A stretch of 64,000 nt of DNA from Eukaryota sp. GEM-RC1. Taxonomy: Eukaryota. The stretch is taken from NCBI GenBank assembly GCA_040285855.1, contig JAUFOQ010000002.1, positions 248,001-312,000 of the forward strand, in the 5' to 3' direction. Position numbers and translations under genes: made by a program. Below the pieces are notes generated by a model. The model was not told where the DNA came from. It saw only the letters and a program-made list of their open reading frames with translations, and made no database searches. Shown piece by piece: positions 23,672 to 37,141 of the stretch (position 1 is its first letter; the number at the start of each line of letters is the position of its first letter).

Positions 23672-25992
23672 ATGTACTCATACACCGTGGACCTTCTCGC
23701 TCTTGTCCTAGCAATCTGTGTTTTCGCACTGTTGGTAGCATGGGGTCTTGCTAGATCTGTTCTCAACAAAAGCGTTTGTTGTTCTAGATGTATCCTCACA
23801 TTAGAGTGGACCTGCCGAAATGAAGAAGGTTGGTTTAGCTATCCAGAATGGCGCTAAAGGCTATCTTTCTACCCAGTACTCTACTATCGCCAAGTTTGGG
23901 GTCGTTTTTGCCATTCTAATTGGATTGGCATGGTACTTCCGATCCTCTGTTGGAGCAGATAATCTTACAAGTCTTGAACGCGCCGTTGTTAACGCTCTCT
24001 CATTCGCTTTCGGTTGCGCTTGTTCGGCCTTTTCAGGATACATCGGTTTGTATACACTCATTCTTACCCTAGGCATGTTTGTCAGTGTTCGTGCTAATCT
24101 ACGTACCGCTAACGCCGCCAGATTTTCATTACTTTCCGCCTTGGTAACTTGTCTTCGTGCAGGTGCTTTCGCTGGTATCCTCGTTGTTGCGCTATCTCTT
24201 TTAGGTGTTGGTGGACTTTATTCGATTGTCTACTACCTGTTCAAAGACCGTGTTGATCACATCGATGATCTTGCTTCCCTTCTTGTAGCTTATGGTTTTG
24301 GTGCTTCTTTTGTTGCTCTGTTTTCCCAACTAGGAGGTGGAATCTTCACCAAGGCTGCCGATTGTGGTGCTGATATTGTTGGAAAGATCTACGCTGAAAT
24401 TCCTGAAGATGATCCCAGAAACCCAGCTGTAATTGCTGATCTTGTTGGTGACAATGTTGGTGATTGTGCTGGTCGTGGAGCAGATCTATTTGAATCCACT
24501 GCTGCTGAAATGATTGGTTCTATGATTCTTGGAGGTTCTCTTTGTTTTGCCACCGGAATCGAACACCCAGCCAAGTACATTCTGTTCCCTCTCGTCATTC
24601 GTGGATTTGGTTTAATTGCTTCAATCATTGGTGTCTTCACTGTACGAAACAAGTCTGCTGATCGTTTCCCCTTGACTTCTGATGTTGAACCTGATCCAAC
24701 CAAGATCCTAAACCGTGGATTCCTTGTTTCTTCCTTTTTCTCTCTTATTGGTATCTGGGCATCTTGCTGGTGGTTACTTAGCACTGATATCGCTCCTTCT
24801 GCATGGTGGAAGTTCGGTCTCTGTGGAACTGTCGGTCTTCTTTGTGCTTACTCCTTTGTTCTATCCACTACCTACTTTACTGATTATCTCTACAAACCTG
24901 TAAAGTCCATTGCTGAAGCTTCAAAGACTGGTCACGCATCTAACATCATTCAAGGTGTTGCTGTTGGTTTTGAATCAGTACTCATCCCTGTCATTTCCAT
25001 TTCAATTTCCATTATCACCTCTTATTGGCTTGGAAAGGAATCCGGTCTTAAACATGGAGATGAAAAGGTTGCTGGAATCTTTGGAACTGCCGTTGCTGTT
25101 ATGGGAATGCTTTCTCCTGCTGCATATGTTCTCGCCATGGATGTATTTGGTCCCATTTCCGATAACGCTGGAGGTATTGTTGAAATGAGTGGTTGCTCAG
25201 AAGAAATCAGAGCTAGAACTGATAGATTAGACGCAGTTGGTAATTCAACCAAGGCTGTCACCAAGGGTTACGCTGTTGGTTCTGGAGCTCTTGCTGTCTT
25301 TTTTGTTGTTTAAGGCCTTTTTGGATGAAGCTACTAAGTATGCCTCTGAAGAAAACGTTCCTCTTATTCTTCTTAATCGCCCTGAGATCTTCGTTGCTGG
25401 TCTTTTGGGAGGATGTTTGATCTTTGTCTTTAGTGCTTGGGCCATTGAAGCCGTTGGATCTGCTGCTCAAACCATTATTTATGAAGTTAAACGTCAATTC
25501 GACGAATACCCAGGAATTATGAGCGGTACTCAGGAACCCAAGTATGACCAATGTGTTGAACTTGTTACCAAGGCTGCTCTAAGAGAGATGATCAAGCCTG
25601 GACTTTTAGCCGTCCTTAGTCCCATTGGTGTTGGTCTCTTGTTTAGGTTTGTTGGATACTTTGGTGGTGATGTTGGTGACCGTCTTTTGGGAATCCAAGC
25701 TGCTGCATCCATGTTGATGATCGCTACCATTGTTGGTATTTTGTTGGCAACATTCCTCAACAACTCTGGAGGTGCTTGGGATAACACTAAGAAGTACGTT
25801 GAAACTGGATTGCTCGGTCCTGATCACGGAAAGCATTCTGAAACTCATAAAGCATCTGTTGCTGGCGATGTTGTTGGCGATCCCTTCAAGGATACCGCTG
25901 GTCCCTCTCTCCATGTCTTAATGAAGTTGTTGTCCACCGTCTTGTTAGTTATGACTCCTTTATTCATTAATGATAAGGTCCGATCTTACTAA
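23672..25992 (+). CDS. membrane H+-translocating pyrophosphatase, K+-independent type; introns 23774-23804 and 24046-24072
   Basis: [57 protein letters not shown] (Lys = K+-independent), GGAWDN and [10 protein letters not shown]. One T-run frameshift near 25300. Confidence 0.97.
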
Positions 25993-26994
25993 TTTGTATT
26001 TCTATAAAACTTTTACTTAGATTTTCTTTGAATTTCGTACTCTTGAGTGGGATATTGCATTCAATGCGTACTACCAGGCTTTACTAAAGTAGTCCGAAAT
26101 TCAAAATTAAAGTAAAGTAGTTTACTTTACTTTAAGCGCTACTTTACTTTCACTTTAAAGTTACTTTAAGGCCATAAAAGTACGACCTGATCTCAATAGT
26201 CTTTTCAATAGTTTTTGTAATAGATATTCGTGTTTAGTTTCCTCTTCCCATCTATCCATGACTTCACTTTCTTCCGAAGAATGGAGGTCAGTCTGTCAAA
26301 TTGTTGAAGTACTGTCGCGAACTTGTGCTGGGTTTTACTGCAAGCTCTATGGGACAACTCACTCGTTCAACAGATGGGCTATGGAGGAGCACTATGTTGC
26401 AAATCTTGTACCCAAAAAATCCGTTCAGCTTTGCTCTGCCATCAACAACCTGAAAATTGTGGCCAATATATCTGCCTTAACTTCCTACTTAATAAGCCAT
26501 GCCAAAACTAGAAAGATCCATTCCATGTTAATTCTGAAAGACAATCACTCACTTGCTTTTTTTTATTAAATTATTTATTCTAAAAGTAATTGACAACAAC
26601 ACTACAATGTCTATACACCGAATAATCAATATCCGCAAAGTCCAGATTGCCTAACTGGAAATTTTCACCTACCTTATCTTCATAATGTCTGCCGAGAGAT
26701 AATAAAGCACTAGATATAGAAGTCACCATATCTTTAAAGATTGCAAACACGATTCGATTTTTCCAAAATCTAAGATCAAAAGTCTTAGATGTTATTTCTT
26801 TTACAATCTTCACAAAGATTTCATGTAATGATGTTGTAGAGTTATTTAAATAACTGTACAGTGAATATACAATAGGGTACAACAAGTAATTCGAGTGTGA
26901 AACCGAATTCAATAATTTCAGTTTAGCTCAATATTTATCCATTTTCAATTTTTCTTTAATCAAAAGAGGGTTTTTAACATTGGATTTACCAAGT

Positions 26995-27800
26995 GTCTTT
27001 TAGGAACCTCTACAATCATGAGCCTTTTATGAAAGTCTGGATCTTGATAATCGTATTAGCTTGACCAGTGTCGAGAACTCCGCTTTCAGTGCTTTCAGTG
27101 TGTTTTTAAATGACATTTCTAGTGTGTTGTCTTCATCTCTTATTACCCAACTTCTAGGTAGATACTGTACATCTTTAATCTAAAAGATGTAATATCGGCT
27201 AAGATGGCTTCTTTTTATCATTTGGTTTATATATTCTCGGTCCATTTTGCATAACAGTTTACATGATGCTTGTATGGAAATGTTCAAATCTAATGGGTTT
27301 CATTGAAAAAATGAACTTATTCCTACTCATCACTCTGGACAGCCATTAGATTCTTTAGAGCGCGGTGATTTCATTGACCCATGGCTATCTTGCCAAGAAG
27401 TTGTTGTTGATTTTATCACTGTTGACTCATGTAAGTCTTTGACTATTGGTATTACTTTGAATCCTTTGTTTGACCCTTTGAAAATGCTAAAACTTTCAAG
27501 AAAATAGCCACTCCTAATTCAAAAGGGCACAAAAAAATTGTAATCCAACCCTTTGCTTTTTCTATGTAGGGGAAGTTTGATTATCATACCAATTATTTTT
27601 TTAAAATTTTTGCATAATTGTGTCTAGATTTTGGAAGGAAATTTAACAGAAGGTTTTGGCGGAATAGACTTGCGCTTTCGTTATTTAGGTCGATGTACCG
27701 CTATTTTGTCGAGATTTTGGCCAAGTGTTATAGGAATAACAATTCAGTAGAATTAGTACTTTTTAAAAAAAACGGGGTTTATGATCAATCAGTGAAATAA
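26995..27800 (+). pseudogene. degenerate RLE non-LTR 3' fragment in opposite orientation
   Basis: RGDFI.PWLSCQEVVVDFITVDSC and FGRKFNRRFWRNRLALSLFRSMYRYF mirror the minus-strand element at 27823-28777. Many stops. Confidence 0.8.
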
Positions 27801-27822
27801 ATGCATTTGCAGAAATTAATGA

Positions 27823-30800
27823 CTAACAGACACTAACTAAAGTATCTAAACTATGATCCTTCTGTCCATCACCGAACAACTTACCTAAAATTGAATTAAA
27901 ATATCTGTGCATTGAACGAAACAACGCAAACGTTAACCTACTCAACCAAAAATTTTCATTGAAAACTTTACCATACTCAGAACACAATTTACCAAAGGAA
28001 GTTAAAAAAACCTTGTGCAGTTGGTCCAATATTACCGTATATCGACATCGCAAAAGGTTGAAACACAAAAGAATTGTACCTGTCAACATTCAATTGGTTA
28101 ATTAAGTGACAGTACTTTGTATTTTTTCCTTTTTCAGCCACTTCAAGAGCAGAAAAATCATCATCAAAAATTTTGGAAATTGATCTTGAATTACAAGGAT
28201 CAACAGTCGTGAAATCCATGATAATTTCCTGACAAGATAACCAAGGACCAATCAAATCACCACGACTTCTATCAACTTTTGACTGATCAGAAAGATTAGC
28301 AAGTAAAGGTTCAATTTTTCCATGAAAACCATTAGCCTTAAACATATCCAAACATGTATCCCGGATACTGTTGTGAATAATTGATCGAAAATGAATAAAT
28401 TGATGACAGTTAACTAAATGATGAAAATTTGAAGCCTTTGAACGACCACAAAGACATGGAGAATGCTTCAAAAGACCGGAAGGCCATAAACCTAACCTAA
28501 GTCTCATGTTTATAAGCCATTCATGATCCTTAAGATTAAAACAAAATTTTCTTGGCAAACGAGAAACAAATGAAGACGCAGCGCTTGAAGAAATATCATT
28601 CAAAAATGCACAAAAAGCGGGACTCTTAGTCTTAGCCAAGCTAATACGGTTTTTAAAGTCCAAGCTTTCGTGAAACAAAACAAACTTCTTCTGTAACTTG
28701 CGAATACACAAAGGCAAAGAGAAAATGCTTCTCTGCTGAATTTCTGTTACCCCAACAGGAAATAACTCTGACCACAAATTGGAGTCAAGACTATCAATTA
28801 AATTTTGAAGACTAATTAACCATGCACAAGGTGAGTGAAGTAAAAAATCTTTCGTTTTCCATTACACAGGATAACGATTCTGAAATTCAAACAAAAAATT
28901 CTTTAAAGACCCCAAAAAGGCACCATCACGCATGTACTTAGCTTTCGTGAAACCAATACCACCAAAAGAAGTAGAAGTGAAACAATGAGAAGGAAGTGAA
29001 GAGTCTTTGTTACCAACCAGATAACTAACAAAATTTGTGCGCAATGAATTAAAATTACGAGATAATTCGAGAGTTAGTTCAGGCGGTAAACCACCTAAAA
29101 AGTAATTAATTTTACCAGCAAAACAAACTTGCAGCATAGCAAAGAAACTTGTTCGCCTACGTCTAGATCAACGATTTGGTTAAGCTGCTGAAAGATACAA
29201 TTATTCTTATGTGATAAAGTCTTCTTAATTTTGTCATCATTACCAATATAATTGCCCAAAAACTTGACACATTCATCTGAATAATTTACAAACGGAATGG
29301 AAGATTCCCCAAAATTCAAATCAACTGAAGAACGTCCAATGACAAGACATTTTTGAAAATTAATTGACAAACCAATACTTGAAGACAATTCAACAAAACG
29401 AGGAAAACTCGATCTAATGACTTCCAAAGGGCCAACCAAAGAGGTATCATCAGCATACGAGTTTAATTTTAATCCTGGGAATTCGCTTGAAAATTTGCGA
29501 AGAATTCTTTGCAACGGCAAACAGAAAAGAAAAGGGCCCAAAGACTCACTTTGTTTCACACCACGAGTGGATGAAATTGTATGTTCGTGAAAAATTAAAG
29601 AAGATGAATGACCATACATAATTTCAAAATAGGACAGTAATTCAGGAAAATGATCTAACAGTTCCAAGTGAATCTGTGACCGATAAACACAATTGAACGC
29701 ATTTTTGTAATCAACGTTCAATACATAATTTTCTGCACTTGAATTTAAAAAGATGTCAGTCATCAAACTAGCACTTATTGTACCATCTACAATTCCAATG
29801 CAAAACTGAAAAGGTCTGAAATATTCCACAGCCTTACTTTTTACCCTATCAAAACAAATAGAAGAAAATAATCTACTCACACATTCGCCAATTGCAATTG
29901 GTCGAACACCATTACACGGTTTAGATAAAGCTACTAAACGACTATTTTTCAACGCAAGAGGAAATTTGTGTGGTTGTGAACAAATCAAATTGAAAAAGTA
30001 TGCGAGGTCTTCAGCAACCTCAGGAGCATGTGTAACAGCAATTTTAAGATGGTCAAAGCTAGGACCCGATGGTCCAGCTGCTTTACCACTCTTAGCATTA
30101 GAAATGGCTTTCATAACATCAGAAGGAGTAATGGGACGATCAGTCCAGTATGACTGAGAGTTACTAAAAGAAGGTAAAGATTCTTCAAAAGGATGAAGAT
30201 TTTGTAGCTTTTGAACAGTATCTGATGTGTTATTGGCTAATTCTGCACCATCCAAAACAGCAAGGGCTGAGGAAAACTGACCTCGAAAGACCAGAGGACG
30301 AAACAAATTACGCTTAGAACTCTGAGAAGATGATGACATTCGCTTTCTTGAACTTTTCTTTTCTGATGAGGTAGAAAGAAACGCCAAAGGGAAGCAGGAT
30401 TCCAAATAACCTTACGAAGATTAAAAGTGATCGAACGGACAGCAACAGCCAACGAAGAACCAAAGACAGGATTTATGGTCATTGGAATTGCAAAAGGAGG
30501 ACGTGCAACATCAACAGGGGTACAAGACGGACAGCACAAGAGAGGCCTACCAGATGAGTTTAAAGTCTCAATTACAGAAAGGCAAAAGAGACACTTACGA
30601 GAGTTACAAGATGAAGAAGATTCGCTATGAGAAACAGACGATGGAAGAGCAGTGCTAAACAAAGGAGCATCATCACAGGTTACTGTGGAAACACGACTGA
30701 CATCAACAGCTAAATCCTCAGCAACAAGACGCTTTGGACAGTTTCTTTTATCGTGTTCGAAAGAAGAACAAACACTACATTGACGGGGTTTCCGCCTACA

Positions 30801-30940
30801 AGTGACAGTATGTGATGTCAAAGGGGGCTTTTTAGGTTTGCCAAGGATGGCAGTCATGAAAGAAGGAAAAAAAAGGTACTTTTTTAGTTTGTGTTTTTGT
30901 TAATGTTTTAGATATGGTTTTTAACCATAAAGCCCCTTTA
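27823..30940 (-). mobile_element. near full-length CRE-like RLE non-LTR retrotransposon (inner, frameshifted)
   Basis: N-terminal CSVCSSFEHDKRNC knuckle. RT motifs KAAGPSG, RPIAIGE, QFCIG, DYKNAFN, GVKQ, YADD and KFLG. C-terminal CLCG..HLVNC..HNSIRD and RLE motifs RGDL..DFTTVDP..AEKGKNTKY..FQPFAMS. Confidence 0.9.
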
Positions 30941-33268
30941 CTTACAAACGTCGATAGACATAACATCAGCAATAATGATAGATCAATCAAGACCAGGAAA
31001 TATGACATCACCACGGCTATTTCCAAACGATTTGTCAACATCTGTATCATCAAACAAACTAGCCAGAACTCGTTCTAAAAGGAAACTATTCCATAAGATT
31101 TACACATACAATATAATTGATCCCTTACTGAATCATGAACCTTACTTCTAAAAGAAATAAAACGGTTACAATTCAATAAATGTGTAGGTGTTACAGATTG
31201 CCCACATTGGCATTTCAAATTATGTCGAAGGTTATCAGGCCAAATACATGACCGTAAACGCATGTTTAATGACCAAGAGTTATCATCAAGAAGAAGACCG
31301 TAAACTTGAGGGATTTGAGTAATCAGACATGAAGCAGAGCTATTAGAAACATCCGTTAAGAAATTTGCAAAAGCGGGATTTATTTCCTTGACCATGCCAA
31401 GTCGAACATTATAATCCAAGATTTCAAAAATAATTGTGAGTTCCTGTTGTAATTTTTTCAGACAGAACTGAAGATTGGTCAAACATCTTTCAGGTATTTC
31501 AGACACAGATTCTGGGAAACACTGAGACCAAACGTCAAAAGGTAATTTGATTAACGCTTCATTTAAGTCACATAAATATTTACATGAATTGGGGTTAATA
31601 AGTGAAATATCATTAGGAAATCGATTATCAAATTCAAAGACGAAATTGTTTCCACCGCCTAAAAAAGCAGATTTGCAAAGAATTGAAGCAGAAGTAAACA
31701 AATGGCTTCTAAGTATCGTTGAATCAACTTCTAACAATGATGCACAAAAATTAATCCTTAACTCGTTAATAGATCTACAAAAGTTCAGAGCGACTGAAGG
31801 AGCAGTGGATCTCAAAAGATGTGTGATTTTTCCGGAGTAGCAAATCTTTAAAACAAAAAACTTGATATGTTTTTCAATATCATATGAAGAAATTGTGTTG
31901 AGTTCTGAACCAATTTTTTCCAAACAATTAGATAATTCTTGAGAATTTTTAGGAACATTCCCAAGCCAACATCCTAGAAAACGAAAAGCGTCTTCAACAT
32001 AATTGATAAATGGAATCTGATCTCCATTAATAAATAATTCTTGTGTAGATCTACCAATTAATAAACATCTGTCTGGGTTCAGAGATAAACCCAATGTTTC
32101 ATAAATATCAGCCACTTCCAAAGTGACCTTTTTAACAATTCAAGAGGACCAATAATAGAAATATCATCCATATAGTTAACTATCTTAAGGTCTGGGTATT
32201 TTTTTAATATACACAAAAGCGAATCATGAATAGCCAAACAAAAGAAAAGAGGACCAAAAGAATCTCCTTGTTTAACACCAGGCATTGATTTCGATTTCAA
32301 TGAATATGAATCATAAATTGAATCACTTGGTTTTCATAAAATAAATAAAAATAGGACGTCAACTCAGGAACGTCTTTTTTAATAGAAGCAAAAACAGATT
32401 TACGACTAACTGAATTAAAAGCATCTTTGAAATCAAATTTAAAATGAAATTATCATCATGTGAATTGAAAAACAAATCTGATGTTAAGGCAGCAACAGAA
32501 GCCCCGTCAATTGTCTTAATTCCAAATTGAAATGGACACAAAAAGCGACCCGCTTTATCGACCACTCGATTATACACTATTGATGCGAATATACGAGAAA
32601 TTGATTCTCCAACTGCAAACTCACTTACTTGGTCTTTAATTTTTTGTAGTTTTTTGTGAGTCTCTACAATAAAGATGGGGTAATGATCGCTTTTGTTATC
32701 CATCTGTGATCACCAGACTAACATTGAAATATTGTTACTTTACCCATTTTGGACGTTTCAAGTAAAGTAAAGTAAAGTGAGAAAGTAAAGTAAAGTGACT
32801 AAAGTACTTTATCACTTTAGTGAAGCCTGCGTACTACTACCACTACACAGCTACATGTATACAACAAGAAGCAGCAACACTTTTCAGAATAGGATACAAT
32901 GAACTCTCTCTAATTGCAACCCCTGTAATTGAAAACTCTCTGAAATTGCAACAAAAACCCATCCGAGTAAAACAATACCAAATTGAAAATTGAAACAATT
33001 GAAACACCTTTTGAGACCTAATTGAAACATTGAAGTCAACATTGTACTGCATTCTGGTTGTCGCATCTATAGCTAGCTGCCATATATTGATGTTAGTGTT
33101 GAGAAAGAGGAAGACGTTGTTGTGTTTCATAAATCCTATAGTAATCTTCTGGTTTTTCCCATCATCAACTTCAATATACCGTACACAGTCACTGAACCAA
33201 AAGTCAAGTACAAGAGCATGCTCGTCAATATTTTGAAAATGATAAAAATACAGAAACTGTAACTGCAG

Positions 33269-33362
33269 TGATGCTTTACTGGGTTAGAAGTCATACGAGA
33301 GTATAGAGTATGGAGTGAAATTAAGATAGTTTATGATTGCTATTAGCTATTATATACTTACA
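33269..33362 (-). repeat. family B LTR (outer 3' LTR), 94 bp
   Basis: TGTAAGTATAT...AAAGCATCA on the minus strand, adjacent to the TSD. Confidence 0.93.
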
Positions 33363-36300
33363 CTACTACTTCTCCTTCTTCGAGCCAACGCTTCTTCGAG
33401 TTCTCTTTGCTATTGGGGTTTTACTAGGTTTAGCTTTGGATGAGGTTCTCTTTCTGGGACTCGATGGAGGATTATTATTATTTTCATGAACTCGACATAA
33501 GCTTTAGTGTTTTTAATGCTAGAGAAGCAACTGTTGTGATATCACCGCCATACCACAGAACAGAACACATAAGTCCTTCATGTGAGTGGAACTGTTCCAA
33601 CACTTGGATGACGACATGTTCTTCCTTATCACCTGCTGCGACTTGTTGATGTATACCATGGTTAGATGGAAGGTCGGAGTTGTACAGCTTACATTGATGT
33701 ACACTGGCTTGGGACTCAACGCCAGATACGAGGTTCTTGGTTTTCAAGGATGATGGTGAAGGGATCTCGATGACCAGGAATGGGCCAGAGTGTTTGCCAT
33801 GAAGCTTTGTAGCAGTCTTAGAGGATCTGAGAATCAGATCGCCAATTACAAATGGATTTGATTTATTGGACTTAGGGGGTCTCTTTGACGATTGATTGCT
33901 ACTTGCTGATTCCTGCTTTTCCTTTATTCTCTCGTTTTTTCTTTGAAGGTCTTCAATAAAAGGGATGCTTAAATTGGATGCTTCTAGAGCTTTGATTATG
34001 AGACTGGGATCTGCTTTTGGACCAAAAGAGGACCCAAACATGAGTTCATAGGGAGTGTGTTCGGTGTAACGGTTCTTGGTAGCGTTAAGCTGGAGTTGGA
34101 CGAAGGGAATGTATTCAGCCCAGTTGTCGAATGTACCGAAGTCGATTAGGAAACGTTGAAGGTTTCTTAAGACATCGCGATGACGTCTCTCGACTAGCCC
34201 GTTGGATTGAGAAAAATGTGGAATGGACGTTGAGTTTTCAATTGCCAGCAGTTGACATACTGCGTTGAATGTTGCGTTAGCAAATTCAGGACCGTTATCG
34301 CTGTGGATGGAGTAGGGGAAACCAAATATACCACAAACGTTGAACACGAGTGCATAAGCAGCTTCTTTGGCGTTCAGATCGATTATTGGGACTAATATTG
34401 TGAATCTAGTGAAAGAATCTACGAATACTAAGATGAAACGGTTGCCGTCAGCATCAGGGGATAATGGACCAATAGTGTCAACATTGAAGTTTGCTGCTGG
34501 CAAAATGTAATCACATCAGCGATGTTGGGTAGGTCGGATGCTATTGGAACAGTTAGATCATTAACACCACCTGTACCACTGTAATCTCCAGTCAGACGTG
34601 GTTTCCTATGATCAGGGTACGTGACGAGTACTACAGGGCTTGAGAACTTAGATTGGGGGGAAGATACGGCGAATCCTTGTTCGATAAGTTCATCAAAGAT
34701 GCCATTGGCAATCTTTAGCTTCTCAGGATTGAAGAAACGAGGTTTCCGTTTAACGACAGTTGATTCGTCATGGAAGGGGGATTCTCATTGGTGGACAATC
34801 AAATCCATCAGGGTGTGGTGCTGATTGGAATATGATCCTGAACTCTTCTAAGAGGGATGACAGTTGTTGATTTAGAAGAGGATTGTCCAAGGTGATTGTG
34901 CAACCTGATTCAACTGGATTGAATGATGTAGAATGATCGGTGTCTCTGATTGATTTCATTGATGGAGGATTGCTCATTAGCTGATCGAATTCTGATTCAT
35001 CTTTCATGATGATGTTATGTTCTTTATCTAGTTTTATTACTAGACTGTCCTCTGTTAATAGCCCTAGTTTGTTTAATAAATCGATCCCGATGAGCATTAT
35101 TTGGGTACCTGGAACAATTGGGAATGAGTGATCTACAAACACTCCCAAGTTCACAGAACACAGATCCAAGTTTGGGTGTTGACTACACCAGTTGAGATAA
35201 CGATCCTTGATGTTCTTGATGATCTCGTTGGTGGTGTATTCTTTGAATATTTCCTTGTCCTTGAAAAAATACTCGACGTCATGGAAAACGATGGGGATTC
35301 CAACGTTCCTTGCGAAATATTTCATCATGAGCCGAACGTCAAAGCTGTATGAATGCTTTTCGTCGATGGGGATTAGAGTGCAGGCGTTGGCAACTCTGGT
35401 GAAACGACGTAGATAGTCGTCCCACCGTTCACGATTGGACCTGAACCTTTTGTTGGTTGACCAGTCCATCATACAGTTAGCAATCAAGGCTTCTCCTTGA
35501 CGAGGATTTTCGGCCTGGGTGTTCAAGATGATACGTTCCCAGATGTACCAATTGTTCAAGAATGTGGGGATAGTCCCATCATTCTTCCAGGAGGTGAGGA
35601 TGATTGGATCAACATGCAGTTGTAAGCCGCGGATGTCCACATTTAAGAGGAGGTCTCTTGCGAGATCCAATCCATGGAGGGGCTCACCATGAGTTGGTTT
35701 GTTGATTGAGAGTTGATCCTCGAACGGGGAAAGGAGTTCATCCATGGTTTTAGGATCAGCGATTGATCGCCAAGCTTGCACTTGGTTTTCTAAATCATGG
35801 AGATGCTTGGCAGCATCAATGCCACGTCCTCTAGCTCTGGAGTATCTTCTCCATTCAAGAGCGAAGTTGTAGCATGAAAGGGGATCCGTTTTCTGGAGGT
35901 ACGGGGGTTTGAGCTTAGCTTCCCGGCGAGATTCTTTCTCAAGCTCGGCTAAGGCTGCATTCTGGGGAGAGATGTGGCCGGTTGCAGATTCGGTGAATCC
36001 GGCTGGGTCCTCGACAGAGGAAAAATCGACTCTGGAGGTGGAGAAGGCCGATGGCAGAGCTATACTTGGCAACTGATCATCAGTACCGATAGTCTGGATG
36101 CTGCCTGCTGTGACCTTTTTCTTGGGTTTCACCGGAAGAATAACTGGATGTGAGGGTTGTTTCTTCCTATCAGCCCTGACTTCGCTGATAAGTTCTAACA
36201 TAGAGAGCTTCAACTCATCATTTTCTCGAATGAGGCGCTCGATCATTTTGTCACCAGTTTCATTGGGAACCGACTTGGAGGAAGGAGGGGGAAGTCCGTC

Positions 36301-37047
36301 GTCTGAACTGACGTCTACTAGAGAAGCTGGACTAACTTCCACTAGAGATGAGCTACTACTTTCCGGACTAGTAACATGGAGGTCTGTCAAAGTGAGGTCT
36401 TCCTCATCATACGATGGGATATACTTGTTGATCAAACTGTTAGTAGCCGTACTCGTTAGCTTACGGAACATGGGGGAGCTTCTGTCTTTCTTGGGTCTGG
36501 ATTTGGACCTTGAGACAGGCTTTGATCTACCCAACTTCTTTCCGACCTTCTTACCTTTGTTAGGGGAAGTTTTGATGTGGGAAGTTTTCGTATCCATTTC
36601 TGGAGAGATGTTGGGAGTACCTCCATCCTTTTCAGGAGAGGATTTGGTACCTCTATCCTTTTCAGGAGAGGGTTTGGGAGTACCTCCATCCGTTTCAGGA
36701 GAGGGTTTGGGAGTACCTCCATCCGTTTCAGGAGAGGGTTTTGGAGTACCTCTATCCTTTTCAGGAGAGGATTTGGTACCTCTATCTTTTTCAGGAGAGG
36801 GTTTTGGGGTACCTCTATCCTTTTCAGGAGAGGATTTGGAGGTGTCTGAAACACAGAGGGGAGGATGAACGGCAAAGTCGGATATTTCCGGCTCGGCAGG
36901 CTGGGGCTTTGGCTTGGTTCTTTTGAGGAGCCCTTGCTCTTTGGGAGGGGGAGTTTCCCTAACCCTTCCGAAGAAGGTACTCCGCCAAACAGAGCAGAGA
37001 ATTCATCTGAGGTGAGTTTCTTCTTGGCATTCTCAGCCAATATATAT
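33363..37047 (-). pseudogene. family B unit 1 gag-pol, RT/RNase H deleted
   Basis: AANF fused directly to integrase NVDTIGP. ORFs 34768-36597 and 33484-34503. Confidence 0.9.
36600..36840 (-). repeat. 30/33-bp coding tandem repeat (SPEKDRGTPKP) in family B gag; 6-7 units per copy
   Basis: tcaggagagggtttgggagtacctccatcc.. units; 7 in units 1 and 4, 6 in units 2, 3 and 5. Confidence 0.9.
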
Positions 37048-37141
37048 TGATGCTTTACTGGGTTAGAAATCATACGAGAGTATATAGTATGGAGTGAAAT
37101 TAAGATAGTTTATGATTGCTATTAGCTATTATATACTTACA
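37048..37141 (-). repeat. family B shared internal LTR
   Basis: 94-bp direct repeat. Confidence 0.93.

Larger units (their letters stand above)
26580..32610 (-). pseudogene. outer CRE-like RLE non-LTR retrotransposon, 5'-truncated and split in the endonuclease domain
   Basis: AVGE, QFGI, GVKQGDSFGP and YMDD (32079-32703); CQCG..HLLNC..HDSVRD (31075-32121); RGDVIFPG..ADVMSIDVC (~30945-31075). The remaining C-terminus continues at 26580-26990. Confidence 0.8.
26075..32829 (+). mobile_element. hAT transposon shell carrying nested non-LTR retrotransposons
   Basis: TIRs CAGGCTTTACTAAAGT / CAGGCTTCACTAAAGT and an 8-bp TSD CGTACTAC (26067-26074 / 32830-32837). AAAGT/ACTTT subterminal repeats. hAT-like remnant LSSEEWRSVCQIVEVL near 26260. 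Confidence 0.92.

Noticed and set aside
36098..36868. Plus-strand 245-264-aa ORFs in each array unit as antisense genes
   Set aside because: They are the mirror frame of low-complexity, repeat-rich gag, with non-distinctive composition and no domain.
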